64,000 nucleotides of DNA from Candidatus Multivoradales bacterium (GCA_965223325.1 CBDCWI010000002.1:4448001-4512000); one strand, 5' to 3'. Shown: positions 1 through 10,303, numbered from the stretch's first letter. Numbers and translations are program-made. Notes: a model not told the origin generated them from the sequence alone.

Positions 1-193
1 TTTCGACTTTCCAGGCTTGTCGGTCCTCTACGACGGGGTCTACTGTCGGGGCTGCCCGGCGACCGAGGGGACATTGATCCGCCTCTCGCCTGGTGACGTG
101 CGCACGGGGGTCGACTTCGACCTCCGTGGCCTGCTCTTCATCGATGGTTTCGAAAGCGGCGACTTCCGGGAGTGGGATTCCCTCCGGCCCTGA
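1..193 (+). CDS. 3' end of a probable exported protein with C-terminal LFIDGFESGD motif (partial)
   Basis: Frame 2 is open from the window edge and reads ...VDFDLRGLLFIDGFESGDFREWDSLRP*; the same motif ends the 61947-63533 protein. Confidence 0.7.
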   Translation, partial: FDFPGLSVLYDGVYCRGCPATEGTLIRLSPGDVRTGVDFDLRGLLFIDGFESGDFREWDSLRP

Positions 194-395
194 GTAGCCT
201 AGCTAGTTGCACTCCCGCATACATAGGTCCCTGGCAACGGAGGGTGCCGGATGGTCGGGCAGCTCGTCGGACTCGAAGCGGGCTCTAGGGATTGGGATGG
301 TTTCAGCGTCTACCAAGACCGAGGAGCCTGCGCTGGTGACGAGGTCGGCTTTCACCAGTCTGTCGCCTGGCCGAACTACCCGGTACACGGACTCC

Positions 396-451
396 GTCTG
401 GCGTTGCCGCCAAAACTTACCCCCGACCGTGCGCGGCATCGCCGCGCGATC
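396..451 (+). repeat. Solo right end of family-B HUH element
   Basis: gttgccgccaaaacttacccccgaccgtgcgcggcatcgccgcgcgatc matches the right ends of full B copies. Confidence 0.9.
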
Positions 452-610
452 AAGGTTCAAGGGTGGCCTCCCCACCATCCATCGCCTGCTGGAGCTCGTA
501 GGGCCCGGTTGTTCTCCAAACATGAGAAGCCAATGTCTAGCACCAACGTCTCTCGGCCTGGGTTTTCGGTGGACACATGATCCGAGCTAAGTTCGGGTTG
601 GAGGTGTCGA

Positions 611-958
611 ATGTCGAAGACGAAACGAAGAGCTCCGAAGACGAAGGGCCGTTGGTCGGCAAAGCGCAAGGCCTCTGTGGTCCTGCGTCTTCTTCGCGGC
701 GAGTCACTTGACGAGGTGTCGCGCGAGACCGGCCTGACGGTGGCTCGTCTGAGCGAGTGGCGCGAGTCCTTCCTGAGCGCAGGTGAGGAGGGCTTGAAGG
801 CCCGTACCGAGGATCCGGTGGTCGAGTCTCTTGTCGAGGACAAGCGGCGGCTGCAGGCGAAGATCGGTGAACTGACGATGGATCAGGAGCTTCTGTTCGA
901 GAAGATCCATCGCCTGGAGGGCGAGAAGCCTTTTCTTGGATGGAGGTCGAGGAAGTGA
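611..958 (+). CDS. IS3-family transposase OrfA (HTH)
   Basis: RWSAKRKASVVLRLLRGESLDEVSRETG HTH-like segment plus LQAKIGELTMD coiled coil; overlaps an OrfB start. Confidence 0.8.
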   Translation: MSKTKRRAPKTKGRWSAKRKASVVLRLLRGESLDEVSRETGLTVARLSEWRESFLSAGEEGLKARTEDPVVESLVEDKRRLQAKIGELTMDQELLFEKIHRLEGEKPFLGWRSRK

Positions 959-1070
959 GTGCCGCACCCTCTCCCTCCACGGGAATCCGCTACGGCATAT
1001 CACGGGTCTGTCGTCTCTGGGAGGTTGCCCGGTCTGGCTTCTACGCCGCGCGCAAGCGCCGCGAGTCTTG
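955..1070 (+). pseudogene. IS3-family OrfB, 5' fragment only
   Basis: SAAPSPSTGIRYGISRVCRLWEVARSGFY resembles an OrfB N-terminus; breaks off at a G-rich junction. Confidence 0.7.
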
Positions 1071-1089
1071 CGGGGCGGGGTGGTGGGCG

Positions 1090-1403
1090 AGGAGGCAGTT
1101 TCTGCGAGGCAGTCTCGCCCACCCAGACTCGCAGCCCCTCGTCACCTACGATGTGTTCGACATAGAGGCCGTTCTCGCTCCACTCTCGCTTAACGGCCCA
1201 CCTTGCGCGCCACTCCGCCTTGGACGCTGGCAGTTCGAAGCTCCAGAACTTACCGGAGGGGTCGCAACCCGGCTGGATGACGCGGAAGATACGGGTTCCA
1301 GGGGGCAGGAAGACGGGATTTGGCGGTCTGGTGAATGTTGAATCCGCCACGCCGGGAAGGTTGTCCCACCCGGTCTTTGTGCGCTCCACACCCTGCAGGT
1401 CTG
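1090..1403 (-). pseudogene. Fragment resembling a polymorphic-toxin C-terminal domain
   Basis: LPPGTRIFRV...GKFWSFELP...EWRARWAVKREWSENGLYVEH...GLRVWVGETASQ; no own start or stop; abuts a family-A end. Confidence 0.5.
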
Positions 1404-1405
1404 GT

Positions 1406-1597
1406 GAGGCTTCGCCTCGAGACGTTCCAGGCACCTATGTTTCACGGCCATGCGAGGTTCACGCGCCTGCCGAGATTCACGAGCGTCAGCGGCCATCAGG
1501 AAAGTGAGGCCGCCTTGCCTCCAGCGGCGTGCCACCGGCGTTTTGCTGCCACGCGACGCCCCGCGAGGGGCTTGGAACAACGGCACTCGAAGGTGGG
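1406..1597 (+). repeat. Solo left end and 5' UTR of family-A HUH element
   Basis: gaggcttcgcctc hairpin + gttccaggcacctatgtttcac...; matches leaders of full A copies and stops before the CDS. Confidence 0.9.
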
Positions 1598-1604
1598 AGA
1601 CGCT

Positions 1605-1970
1605 CTAGGGGTCCAGACGGTCTGAACCGCCCGACCAGGGCAGTCGATGCTCGTAGTCGCACGCCGCGACGGCCATGATGTCTTTGGCCCAGAAAGCTCT
1701 CAGTAGTGTGCTGACGAGATCGAGAAACTGAGACTCTTCTGCGCCTTCGAATGGGTCGATTTCCAGCACCCAACCGGAGAACAGAAAGTTGGATCGGGTG
1801 CGAGCGAAATCCCCTTCCTTCCAGATGTCGTTCGAGCGAAGTTCGAGTTCCGCGAACCCGACGTCGTACATGCCTCGAGCGTCCTTCGGATTCTCGAGAA
1901 CTTCGTTGAGCACCGACTGGATCTCGTGGTTGAGCTCGCCGCTCAGGTACATCGTGCATTCGAGTTTCAA
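1605..1970 (-). CDS. Putative immunity protein
   Basis: 121 aa acidic protein, 4-bp overlap with upstream toxin-like gene; FL...LEIDP...LL..FW...AVAACDYE..LPWSGG pattern. Confidence 0.6.
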   Translation of the reverse strand: MKLECTMYLSGELNHEIQSVLNEVLENPKDARGMYDVGFAELELRSNDIWKEGDFARTRSNFLFSGWVLEIDPFEGAEESQFLDLVSTLLRAFWAKDIMAVAACDYEHRLPWSGGSDRLDP

Positions 1971-3799
1971 AACTGACCTCCGGAGGGTAACTGTAGCCGA
2001 ACACCATGATCGAACGGCCCACCTTCGAGGACGATCGAGAAGTCGATCTCGAAGCCATAGAGATCTCTGACCTCGTTCCTGACCTGCCTGAGGCCAGCCT
2101 GCTTCGCGTTGATCTTTCCGCTCTCTAGCGAATAGAGAATTGTGCGCTCGGCGGAGCTGCCTGGGTTCCTTCGAGCTAGTAGGTCTTCGGCGATCCGATT
2201 GAAGGTTGCGCGATCCACCCGCACTGCAAAGTCGAGGTCACTCGGTTTCCCATCAAGGTCTGGAAACTCTCGAACACTCTTGCCTCGGTCTATGCGACTC
2301 CCTTGAATGATGAGGTCATCACCAAGTCCCAGTGCCTTTGCCTCAGCTCTCAGCATTCTGGACATCGTTACGAAGTCGTCGGGTGTTACACCGCGGGGAA
2401 CTTTCAAGCGGAGGACGTCGTCGAAGAACGACCCTCCGGCTGTCAGAGGGATGACACTGGTGGAGATCTGGACGCTCTGTTCAAGTAGGTCTGCCGTTCG
2501 TGCCATGCCCTTGAACGAAGCGTGAAAGACATCGTTCGCGGAGGTGGGCTTCTCCGGGCCCAGAACCTGAGTTGCGATCTCGACAGCGCGATGCATCGGG
2601 AGCCCATCGCGTTTCTCCAGATAGGCGGCCATCGCTGGGATTCCGGCCCCTGGATGAGCCTGCTGCCAGCGGGCAAGGGCGATGAAATGCGTATTGCCCG
2701 CTTGCAGCACCCCTGCTGCCCGCGTCAGCCTCCGCTGGGCGGCTTGAAGGGCTGTCGCGTAACTGACGAGGCCATAGGACGCTCCGCCTTGGTCCCGTGT
2801 CTCGAACGCTGCTTTCGCCCTCTCGAACGCTGCGTGGGCTGCCTCCAGTTCGGCGAGCGTCGCGAGGTGTTCACCGGGAGTGACGGCGGCCCGTGCAACT
2901 CTTCCCTCTTCTGAAATGCCGATCTCGAATACCCAGGCTGCTGCTTGGCCTGTGCCGACACCTTTGCCCGTTGTCGCCTGATCATCCGTGACCTGCCGTG
3001 GGCGGTTCGTTGCGGACTCCAGGTCAGCAACGCTGACGCCGAGTACTTGCGCAACCTGGCTGAGATCGTCTGCTCTTGGCGGAGACTCGGATCTATGCGG
3101 TCCAGGCACCGCGGGGGGTTCGTTGGCGGCTTTCGCGTTGGCAGTGCCATGGAACCAGGCCAAGTCATCAAGACTGAAGTCTCGGCCTGCGTCGAGATCG
3201 CTAGTGAAGTCATGTTCAACGTCGAAGTTGAAGCCGAGGTCGAAGTTCGTGTCCAGCCAGGCGTCTTCTTGCCGCGGCAGACCACCCCAGAGGCTGAACT
3301 CTGCAGGCTCTGTATCGAAGCCTGGCGCGTTCCAGTTCCAGTCAAGGTTGTCGAGCCCCAGGCCGAGCTGTCGTTCTTCGGTGCTTCCGAAGTCGAAATC
3401 GAAGCCGAGGTCGTAGTCCCAGCCGAGGTCGAGTTCTCGCGGCTCTTTGAGGTCGCTGGGAGTGCCGAAGTCGTAGGCCCATGGGTCGAGGCTCCAGTCG
3501 GAGCCGAAGGGATCGTCGTAGGAGGAATCGGAGTCGAAGTTCCAGAGGTCGTCGTTGTTGCTTCCGAAGTCAGTGTCGAAGTCACTCCCGAAGTCGGTGT
3601 CAAACTCGAGGCCGAGGTCGAACGTTGCGGGTGGCTGGGTGTTCGAGTCGAAAAGTGAGCCGAAGCCACCGGACCCTGACGGTTCGTAGCTGTCGTTCTC
3701 GAGGCTGGTTGAGGTCCCGAAACCGCCGTCAGAACCGCCGAAGGTGTCGGCCAGGTTGAGGCCGAAGCCTGAGGAATTGTCGTTTCTGATGTCGGTCAT
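1967..3799 (-). CDS. Putative polymorphic toxin: acidic D/F/G/W low-complexity N-terminus, C-terminal nucleotidyltransferase-like domain
   Basis: 610 aa; DFDFG-type repeats in the first ~215 aa; IIQGSR...SDLDFAV GS/DxD motif near the C-terminus. Confidence 0.6.
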   Translation of the reverse strand: MTDIRNDNSSGFGLNLADTFGGSDGGFGTSTSLENDSYEPSGSGGFGSLFDSNTQPPATFDLGLEFDTDFGSDFDTDFGSNNDDLWNFDSDSSYDDPFGSDWSLDPWAYDFGTPSDLKEPRELDLGWDYDLGFDFDFGSTEERQLGLGLDNLDWNWNAPGFDTEPAEFSLWGGLPRQEDAWLDTNFDLGFNFDVEHDFTSDLDAGRDFSLDDLAWFHGTANAKAANEPPAVPGPHRSESPPRADDLSQVAQVLGVSVADLESATNRPRQVTDDQATTGKGVGTGQAAAWVFEIGISEEGRVARAAVTPGEHLATLAELEAAHAAFERAKAAFETRDQGGASYGLVSYATALQAAQRRLTRAAGVLQAGNTHFIALARWQQAHPGAGIPAMAAYLEKRDGLPMHRAVEIATQVLGPEKPTSANDVFHASFKGMARTADLLEQSVQISTSVIPLTAGGSFFDDVLRLKVPRGVTPDDFVTMSRMLRAEAKALGLGDDLIIQGSRIDRGKSVREFPDLDGKPSDLDFAVRVDRATFNRIAEDLLARRNPGSSAERTILYSLESGKINAKQAGLRQVRNEVRDLYGFEIDFSIVLEGGPFDHGVRLQLPSGGQF

Positions 3800-3916
3800 C
3801 GCGCGGGCTCCGGAAAGCAGGGGTGAGCTGCCTCTTCCTTCTTCCGGATTGCCGGGGCCTTGTTACAGGCCCATCAGACTGAGGTTGACGCCTCATGAAT
3901 TCACGCCGCAGACTCG

Positions 3917-5773
3917 CTAAAGGGCGCAGGCCTCCTTCTGAAGAGAAGCGTCATCGGGCTCTTTGTCTTGTCCGTGCTCGGCGACCGGTGTCACCTCTTT
4001 TCCCATCGCCGATTCGATCAAGCGCATCAGGCGTCTGCGACGGTCCTCGAGGAACTCGTCGAAGTCATCGCGGCGCAAGAAACCGGGCGAGAGCGCGTGG
4101 CTCGAGAGCAGGTCGTCCATTTCGGCGTCACTCAGGGCCACCTGTTTGTGTTGCTGGATTCTCGGTAGGTATTGAGAGGGGGCTTCGCCACCAATCTTGC
4201 GATTGGCTTTGTAGGAGATCGGCGTCTTGTTGAGAATGGAGTCGTAGCGGTCCTTCCCGATGCCGTGCTTCCTGCACCAGGCACGCGGGAAGATGTGGTG
4301 GATATCGAGAGAGATCTCCTCGGTATCGAGTTCCTTGATGGTGGATTTCCAGAACCAGTCTCTCGAGCCTTCACGAAGAACGAGGACATTGATGCCCTTG
4401 TAGGCGGCGCTGAGCCGCGAGCGAAGCGTGTCGAGGCGCTCAGGCTGAAAGTTTGCGTCTCGCACGGTGCGTGGCAAGGTCGTGTCGTCTTCGAACCAGC
4501 GAAGGAGCTCTTCGTAGTCGTTGGCCATGCGGGTTTCAACGGCGCCGCCGTAGAGCTCACCCAGTACACCAGACCAGAACCAGCGAGCCAGCTTGTCGTA
4601 GACCCTGGGCTCGAGCCAGCGATCGCTCAGCTTCGTGAGCACTGCAGCCAGCGGGACGAGTTGTGTGCTGTAGGGCAGCTCTCGTCGGCTGTAGAAGCAT
4701 TCTTTTCGCAGGAAGCGCGCGGCGTTTCGGAACCCACCCTCCAGGTCATTGGCCCACTTCTTCCAAGCGGCCAATGGGAGCTGGAGTACGTCGGCCCGTT
4801 TCGCGCTCACGGGGCGAACCTGCTTCCCGCTCTTGCCGGCGGCAAGATCTGCTTTCCTCACTTCGTGGGTGTGAAGCAGACTGATGGCTTGAAGGAACTC
4901 TGTGGCCTCGGTTCCTTCGAGGAGTGGATCTTCTTCCAAACGGGCCTGCCTCGATTCGACTTCGCGAACATCCGAGCCGAACCAATCGTCTCGCAGGTTG
5001 TAGCCGTCGGCCGCATAGCTCGCGGTGATCAACTCGAAGACGGAAAGCTTCACGCCGCCGGTGTTCACTTTCTCGAACACCAGGCACACCGCTTCCTTCG
5101 ACGTCTCTTTCTTGAGCAGGATCAAAGGGAGTTGGTAGCTGCGGAAGGCCGTGAGGACATCGCTACGGAACTTCATGTAGGTGTCGAACTGGTCCGAGGC
5201 AACTCGGTGAAGGGTGGTCTCCCACTCATCGCAGCTCATCACTTGAGAACAGGGAAAGTGGAGCTGTTCGCATTCGCGTTCGGTACTCGAGAGGTCGAGA
5301 TCCACCTGCCGTCCGAAGTCGCTCCGGATCTGCCGGTTCTCGTCAACGGCAATTACGGCTTCGTCCAGGGCATGCGGCGCTTCTACCGCTCGCTTGATGT
5401 CGAAGTAGTAGTGGCGCTTGATCTTCTTGCCCTTCGCGGTCCGCGTGTTGACGGCCTGGGGGAGTGCGAGGGCTTGAGTGAGCGTGGTGAGGCGCTGTTG
5501 CCCATCGAGAATGAGCTTCTCGGGCGCCACGTCCTTCCCGATCATGTCCTCTAGCCCTTCGACAGGCCGGGTCTCGAAGCGGACTTCGCCGCCAGCTTCG
5601 AGCAGCATGACGGCGCCAATTGGAAAGGATCGCGCGATGCTGACGAGTAGATCCTGGATGTGATCGTCGTCCCAGACCCAGCCGCGTTGGAAGTCGGGAA
5701 GCTGGATCCTGCCTTCGGTGATTCCTCTCAGCAGGGCGTTCAGGGATTCCTTGGTGCTGTCGAATGTCGTCAT
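3917..5773 (-). CDS. GmrSD-like DUF262/DUF1524 modification-dependent restriction nuclease
   Basis: LPDFQRGWVW, ILDGQQRLTT, FEKVNTGG (DUF262) and DIHHIFP...N (HNH-like); start taken at MTTFDSTK. Confidence 0.85.
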   Translation of the reverse strand: MTTFDSTKESLNALLRGITEGRIQLPDFQRGWVWDDDHIQDLLVSIARSFPIGAVMLLEAGGEVRFETRPVEGLEDMIGKDVAPEKLILDGQQRLTTLTQALALPQAVNTRTAKGKKIKRHYYFDIKRAVEAPHALDEAVIAVDENRQIRSDFGRQVDLDLSSTERECEQLHFPCSQVMSCDEWETTLHRVASDQFDTYMKFRSDVLTAFRSYQLPLILLKKETSKEAVCLVFEKVNTGGVKLSVFELITASYAADGYNLRDDWFGSDVREVESRQARLEEDPLLEGTEATEFLQAISLLHTHEVRKADLAAGKSGKQVRPVSAKRADVLQLPLAAWKKWANDLEGGFRNAARFLRKECFYSRRELPYSTQLVPLAAVLTKLSDRWLEPRVYDKLARWFWSGVLGELYGGAVETRMANDYEELLRWFEDDTTLPRTVRDANFQPERLDTLRSRLSAAYKGINVLVLREGSRDWFWKSTIKELDTEEISLDIHHIFPRAWCRKHGIGKDRYDSILNKTPISYKANRKIGGEAPSQYLPRIQQHKQVALSDAEMDDLLSSHALSPGFLRRDDFDEFLEDRRRRLMRLIESAMGKEVTPVAEHGQDKEPDDASLQKEACAL

Positions 5774-6038
5774 GGGCTGGCGTTTCCTTGGCGTGTTTCG
5801 AGCGGTCGGGGCGGGTTCGAACTCGGTGGTCCGTTCGCTGTCACGGCATGCTCCGAGGGAACTCCCGGTGAATCGTAGGCCTCCCTCGTTGCTACTGCCG
5901 TGCACCGTCAGCGGTAGCCGGCGGGCGTCCCGCTGATTGGGAGTCACCCGAAGCACAGAAATTATAGATTAAGTAGAATTGCGAGACTTGGCTTTTCGGC
6001 AGCCAATACCTCATTTCGAGTTCTTTCGAGGGCAATCG

Positions 6039-7016
6039 ATGTCTATTCTCCGATTTGTGCTCCCCGCGCTTCTAGTCGCGCCCCTTCATCCCTCTCCTCC
6101 AGAAAGAGACGTGACCACCGTGCCCTCTGGGACCCGCGCTCGCGCCGTTCTCGTGGATTGGCTCGGTTCACGCGGTACAGATGTTGGGGCCGAGCCGCTC
6201 TTCTGCCTCGATGAGGATGTCCACGCTGGCACGAGCACTTTGCTCAACCGCGGCATGCCGGTCGTGGGCATTGTGGATCGGGTGTCGACGGGCGGAGCCG
6301 GGTTTGACCCGGGCGACATCGCAGTTCGGCTCAAGGTCCTCCTGACACCGGACGGCGGGCGTATCTCGGTCTCGGGTTCCGGTTCTTTCGTCGGCGGGAG
6401 CAACGCCGCTAGTGCCGTGTGGGGGGGTCTGATGGCCCTGGGCACTCGCGGAGACGACGTGAAACTGCCGCCTGGAACGGCGATTGAGTTCGAGACGGCG
6501 GCCGAGGCGTCCTGGTCGCGCGAAGCGGAGGTTGACGGGCCAGAGTGGAGGCGCTGCCGTGACTTTCTCCAGTTCGCGCAACTCCCGGCTCTGCCTCTTT
6601 CCGAGCTCGAGACGGCCAAGACGTACCGGTGGCCCGGGAATGAACTGGTTGGAGACCTGGACGTCGCGGATCTCGAGGAGGGTTCGCAGACTCCCGTTCA
6701 ACTCCGGGGGGTCGTCATCTACGACGCCTTCTTGCTGAACACGAAGTTCGGCTTGACCCTTTCCAAGAAGAAGGCGGCTTTCGATCTCTCCACGATCATT
6801 CAGGTGCTCGAGTCGCACGATAAGCGCGTAGACATGCGGGTGAGTTTGCTCGATGGCGACGAAGTGCTCGCGACTGTTCTCAAGAAGGGAATCGACGCCG
6901 AGGAGGAGAAGGTCAAGAAGGTCGATCTCCGGCTTCGGACGGAGCGCGAGCTGTACGAGCGCGCGGTTAATTCAGGCGGCGGTCGACTTCGGCTGGAGAT
7001 GAAGGTGCGAGAGTAG
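6039..7016 (+). CDS. Exported hypothetical protein
   Basis: Signal-like N-terminus MSILRFVLPALLVA; C-terminal domain similar to 43095-43619. Confidence 0.7.
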   Translation: MSILRFVLPALLVAPLHPSPPERDVTTVPSGTRARAVLVDWLGSRGTDVGAEPLFCLDEDVHAGTSTLLNRGMPVVGIVDRVSTGGAGFDPGDIAVRLKVLLTPDGGRISVSGSGSFVGGSNAASAVWGGLMALGTRGDDVKLPPGTAIEFETAAEASWSREAEVDGPEWRRCRDFLQFAQLPALPLSELETAKTYRWPGNELVGDLDVADLEEGSQTPVQLRGVVIYDAFLLNTKFGLTLSKKKAAFDLSTIIQVLESHDKRVDMRVSLLDGDEVLATVLKKGIDAEEEKVKKVDLRLRTERELYERAVNSGGGRLRLEMKVRE

Positions 7017-7024
7017 TTCAGAGC

Positions 7025-7075
7025 CTAAGGGTCGAGCCAGTCTGAACCGCCCGATCGGGGTGGTCGGTGTTCGTT
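7025..7075 (-). pseudogene. 3' remnant of an immunity-gene paralog
   Basis: Reads NEHRPPRSGGSDWLDP* versus YEHRLPWSGGSDRLDP* at the end of 1605-1970. Confidence 0.65.
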
Positions 7076-7149
7076 GGCGTCCCCAGGGAGTCGTCGGCCG
7101 CGTCACACTGTAGCTACGGGTACCGTCATTCGCCCTGGCGGCGTTCCGC

Positions 7150-8675
7150 GCCTGGCGGCTTTCAAGGCACCTATGTTTCACAGCCATTCGAGGTTCACGC
7201 GCCTGCCGAGATTCACGAGCGTCAGCGGCCATCTGGAAAGTGAGCCACCTTGCCTCCAGCGGCGTGCCACCGGCGTAGTACTGCCACGCGACGCCCCGCG
7301 AGCCGCTTGGAACAACGGCACTCGAAGGTGGGGGCCGTAACAAGAGCGCAGATTCTCGGGAGGTACGACTACCAGTTCGCCAAACAACGGCAGCTTCCTC
7401 CCCATGCGTTTCGCCAAGCCCAGGATCTACACGCCCAACCGCGTCGTCGAAGTCACCACGCGCTGCCTCCAGTCGCGTTTCCTCCTGCGCCCGAGCAAAG
7501 AAGTCAACAACGAGATCATCGCCGGCTCGTGCGCAGCGGCTCTACGGAGTGAGCGTCCACGCCTTCTGGTTCGGCTCAAACCACTGCCACCTCTTGCTGT
7601 CTGCCGCATCGCAGTGGCACATCTCGCGCCTCATGGGTTTCACCAACGGAAACATCGCGAGACGAGTTGGCCGGTTGCAGCGTTGGCAGCGAGCGGTTCT
7701 GGTGTCGCCGCTACCAGGGCATCGAACTCACCGCGGAGCCTCAAGCGGCGTTCCAGCGCCTGCGCTACGTCATGGCGCAGGGCTGCAAAGAAGGGCTGAT
7801 TGAATCGCCGCTTGACTGGCCCGGTGTGACGAGTGCTCGGGCTCTTGCCGACGGTTCGATGAAGCTCTCGGGCGTCTGGCTAGATCGCACCGGCTTGTAC
7901 CACGAGCGCGTCCGCCGAGGAGTTATAGGCCCGCGATCCAAACAGCTGAGCCGGAGCGAGCGTCGCGAGGCGAGTCGCAAGATCGACATCACCGAGTTCG
8001 AGACGGTCGAGGAGCTCACTCTCGAGCTTCTGCCGCACTTTGCCGAGCTGAGCGCCGAGGCCTACCGCAAGATGCTCGTCTCGATGATCGAAGACATCGA
8101 GGAAGAGACAGGCCAACGCCTCGATCTCGAAGGTGGGCGGAGCATGGGACGCGAGAAGATCCTCGCCCAGGACCCTCACGCCGCTCCGCGGCAGTCGAAG
8201 CGCAGTCCCGCCCCGGCCTGCCACGCCCACACCCGGGAACAGCGCGTCGCGTTCATCGTCAACCGCTGGCATTTCGTTGTGGCGTACAGGAGGGCGGCGA
8301 GTAGGTTGCGTTCGGGTGAGGAGAACGTCGCGTTCCCGCGAGGTTGCTTTCCGCCGCGTGGCGCGTTCGTTCCGCACGTGGCTCGCGCTCCTGGATAGAA
8401 GGACTTCAGAGTTGCGTCTTTTTGGGACGGCGAATCACGAGATCGCGGCGCGAGCTATGGCGCAGTCAACCGCGCAGCGGCTTGGACCGGCTTGGACGGT
8501 GGTTTGAGGCGTGGTCGCGCCGCGTTGAGGAGGTGTTTGGAGCGGATCTGTTTACGCAGGTTCAGTACGGCCGCAGACTTGGCTCCGGGATCCGACTCGT
8601 GAATCTCGGCATGCGCGTGAATTTCGCATGGCTGTGAAACATAGTTGCCTGGAACGTCTCGAGGCGAAGCCTCGG
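7150..8675 (+). mobile_element. Family-A HUH element copy A1 (frameshifted)
   Basis: Degenerate left end; intact right end ending cgaggcgaagcctcgg; left boundary approximate. Confidence 0.85.
7404..8398 (+). pseudogene. RAYT-like Y1 transposase, family A, two frameshifts
   Basis: 4-bp deletion near 7525 and 1-bp insertion near 7688 relative to intact copy 17097-18095. Confidence 0.85.
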
Positions 8676-8689
8676 GACGGGAGTCCCTC

Positions 8690-8943
8690 ACGCGAAGACT
8701 AGGCGAAAGAGGCCATGAGGCGCGCTCGGTGTGGTCGAAGAGGCGCTCTCACCTCGCCACCCGGATGCCGGGCGCATCCGCCTGCGCCTCGCCTCGCTGC
8801 TGGCTAAGTCGGACGAGACTACCGTCGCCATTCGAAAGGCGGCGCTGGCAATCGAGGTTCTCGCTGAGCATCTCGATCCAGCAAACCCTGAGTTGGCAGA
8901 GGCCCACGAGCTCCTTGACAGTCTCCAGTCAGGAGGCGTCTGA
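8690..8943 (+). pseudogene. 3' fragment of a TPR-repeat protein (kinase-associated type)
   Basis: EEALSPRHPDAGRIRLRLASLL...LDPANPELAEA; begins just after an A right end. Confidence 0.55.
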
Positions 8944-9253
8944 CCCAGGCTCAGTGCGGGTCGGACCTTCAGGGGCGTTTTGGCTCTTTCGGCTAATATG
9001 GAGCAAATCTCTCTTAAGATTTCCAAGCTGTCAGGGATGGGACCTATGGAAGAGAGCCGCTCGGCCAGGCTAGCGAGCCGTATTGCCTACCGCCTCCTCG
9101 CTAGTTTGCTGCGTGCTCGTGCATCGTCCTTATTTCTGCCTCCGGGCAGGACCTCCTCAGCATGCTCCTTCCGCTGACACGACGGGCCAACGCAGAACCC
9201 GGGGCTCGACTGGCTTACTGCTCCGAACACAACGCACACAGGAGGGTCAAGTG

Positions 9254-10303
9254 ATGATCGACGAAGCGAGAATGCAGGAGTTGCTCGGCAAGATGGTGTC
9301 GGACATGGGGGCTGCCGCGGTTGCACCGCTAGTCATCCTCGGCGACAAGCTCGGGCTCTATCGCGCCTTGGCCGACGGGCCGATGACGGCCGAAGAGCTC
9401 GCCGACCGGACCGGCACGACCGAGCGCTACGTTCGCGAATGGTGTAGTGCGCAGGCCGGCTTCGGCTACATCGACTACCACCCAGAAGATCAACGCTTCG
9501 GCTTGAGTGCGGAGCAAGAGGCGGTATTTGCCGATGAGAAGAGCCCCACCTGCATGACTGGCGGCTATTACGCCATTAGCTCCGTGTTCTTCGACGAACC
9601 CAAGATCACTCATGCCTTCCAAACCGGGGAGGGCGTGGCTTGGGGAGATCACTCCGACTGCCTATTCTGCGGTACCGAGAAGTTTTTCCGCCCGGGCTAC
9701 CAGGCCAACATTGTTGCGGAATGGCTGCCAGCTCTGGATGGTGTCGTCGAAAAGCTCAGTGCCGGAGCCAAGGTCGCCGACGTCGGCTGTGGTCACGGTG
9801 TCTCTACTCTGGTCATGGCCAAGGCATTTCCCAAATCTGAGTTCATCGGCTTCGATTTTCACCAGGCCTCGATCGCACAGGCCAGCTCCCATGCTCGAGA
9901 GTCGGGACTCGACAACGTCCGATTCGAGGTTGCGGCCGCCAAGCATTTTCCCGGAAGCGATTTCGACCTAGTCGCCTATTTCGACTGTCTTCACGACATG
10001 GGCGATCCGGTGGGGGCAATCGAGCACACTCACGCAGCACTCAAGAGCGATGGCACCTTGATGCTCGTCGAGCCCTTCGCCTACGACCATTTGGAGGACA
10101 ACCTCAACCCCGTGGGACGCATGTACTACTCCTTCTCCACCATGATCTGCACACCCGCGTCGATCAGCCAGGAGGTAGGCCTGGCGCTGGGAGCTCAGGC
10201 GGGAGAGAAGCGCCTCGGAGAAGTTGTTCGTGAAGGCGGCTTCTCTTCGTTCCGACGAGCGGCAGAGACTCCGTTCAACTTGATTCTCGAAGCTCGTCTG
10301 TGA
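9254..10303 (+). CDS. Class I SAM-dependent methyltransferase with N-terminal winged HTH
   Basis: GDKLGLY...TERYVREW, VADVGCGHG, FDCLHDMGDP; GGAGG RBS upstream. Confidence 0.9.
   Translation: MIDEARMQELLGKMVSDMGAAAVAPLVILGDKLGLYRALADGPMTAEELADRTGTTERYVREWCSAQAGFGYIDYHPEDQRFGLSAEQEAVFADEKSPTCMTGGYYAISSVFFDEPKITHAFQTGEGVAWGDHSDCLFCGTEKFFRPGYQANIVAEWLPALDGVVEKLSAGAKVADVGCGHGVSTLVMAKAFPKSEFIGFDFHQASIAQASSHARESGLDNVRFEVAAAKHFPGSDFDLVAYFDCLHDMGDPVGAIEHTHAALKSDGTLMLVEPFAYDHLEDNLNPVGRMYYSFSTMICTPASISQEVGLALGAQAGEKRLGEVVREGGFSSFRRAAETPFNLILEARL

Noticed and set aside
203-523. 106-aa minus-strand ORF
   Set aside because: Crosses a B end; the remaining part may be a gene tail but has no recognisable motif
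4172-5554. Long antisense or alternate-frame ORFs (also 2725-3669, 45713-47002, 49116-50213, 50463-51590, 41482-42414)
   Set aside because: Shadows of motif-bearing genes in GC-rich DNA
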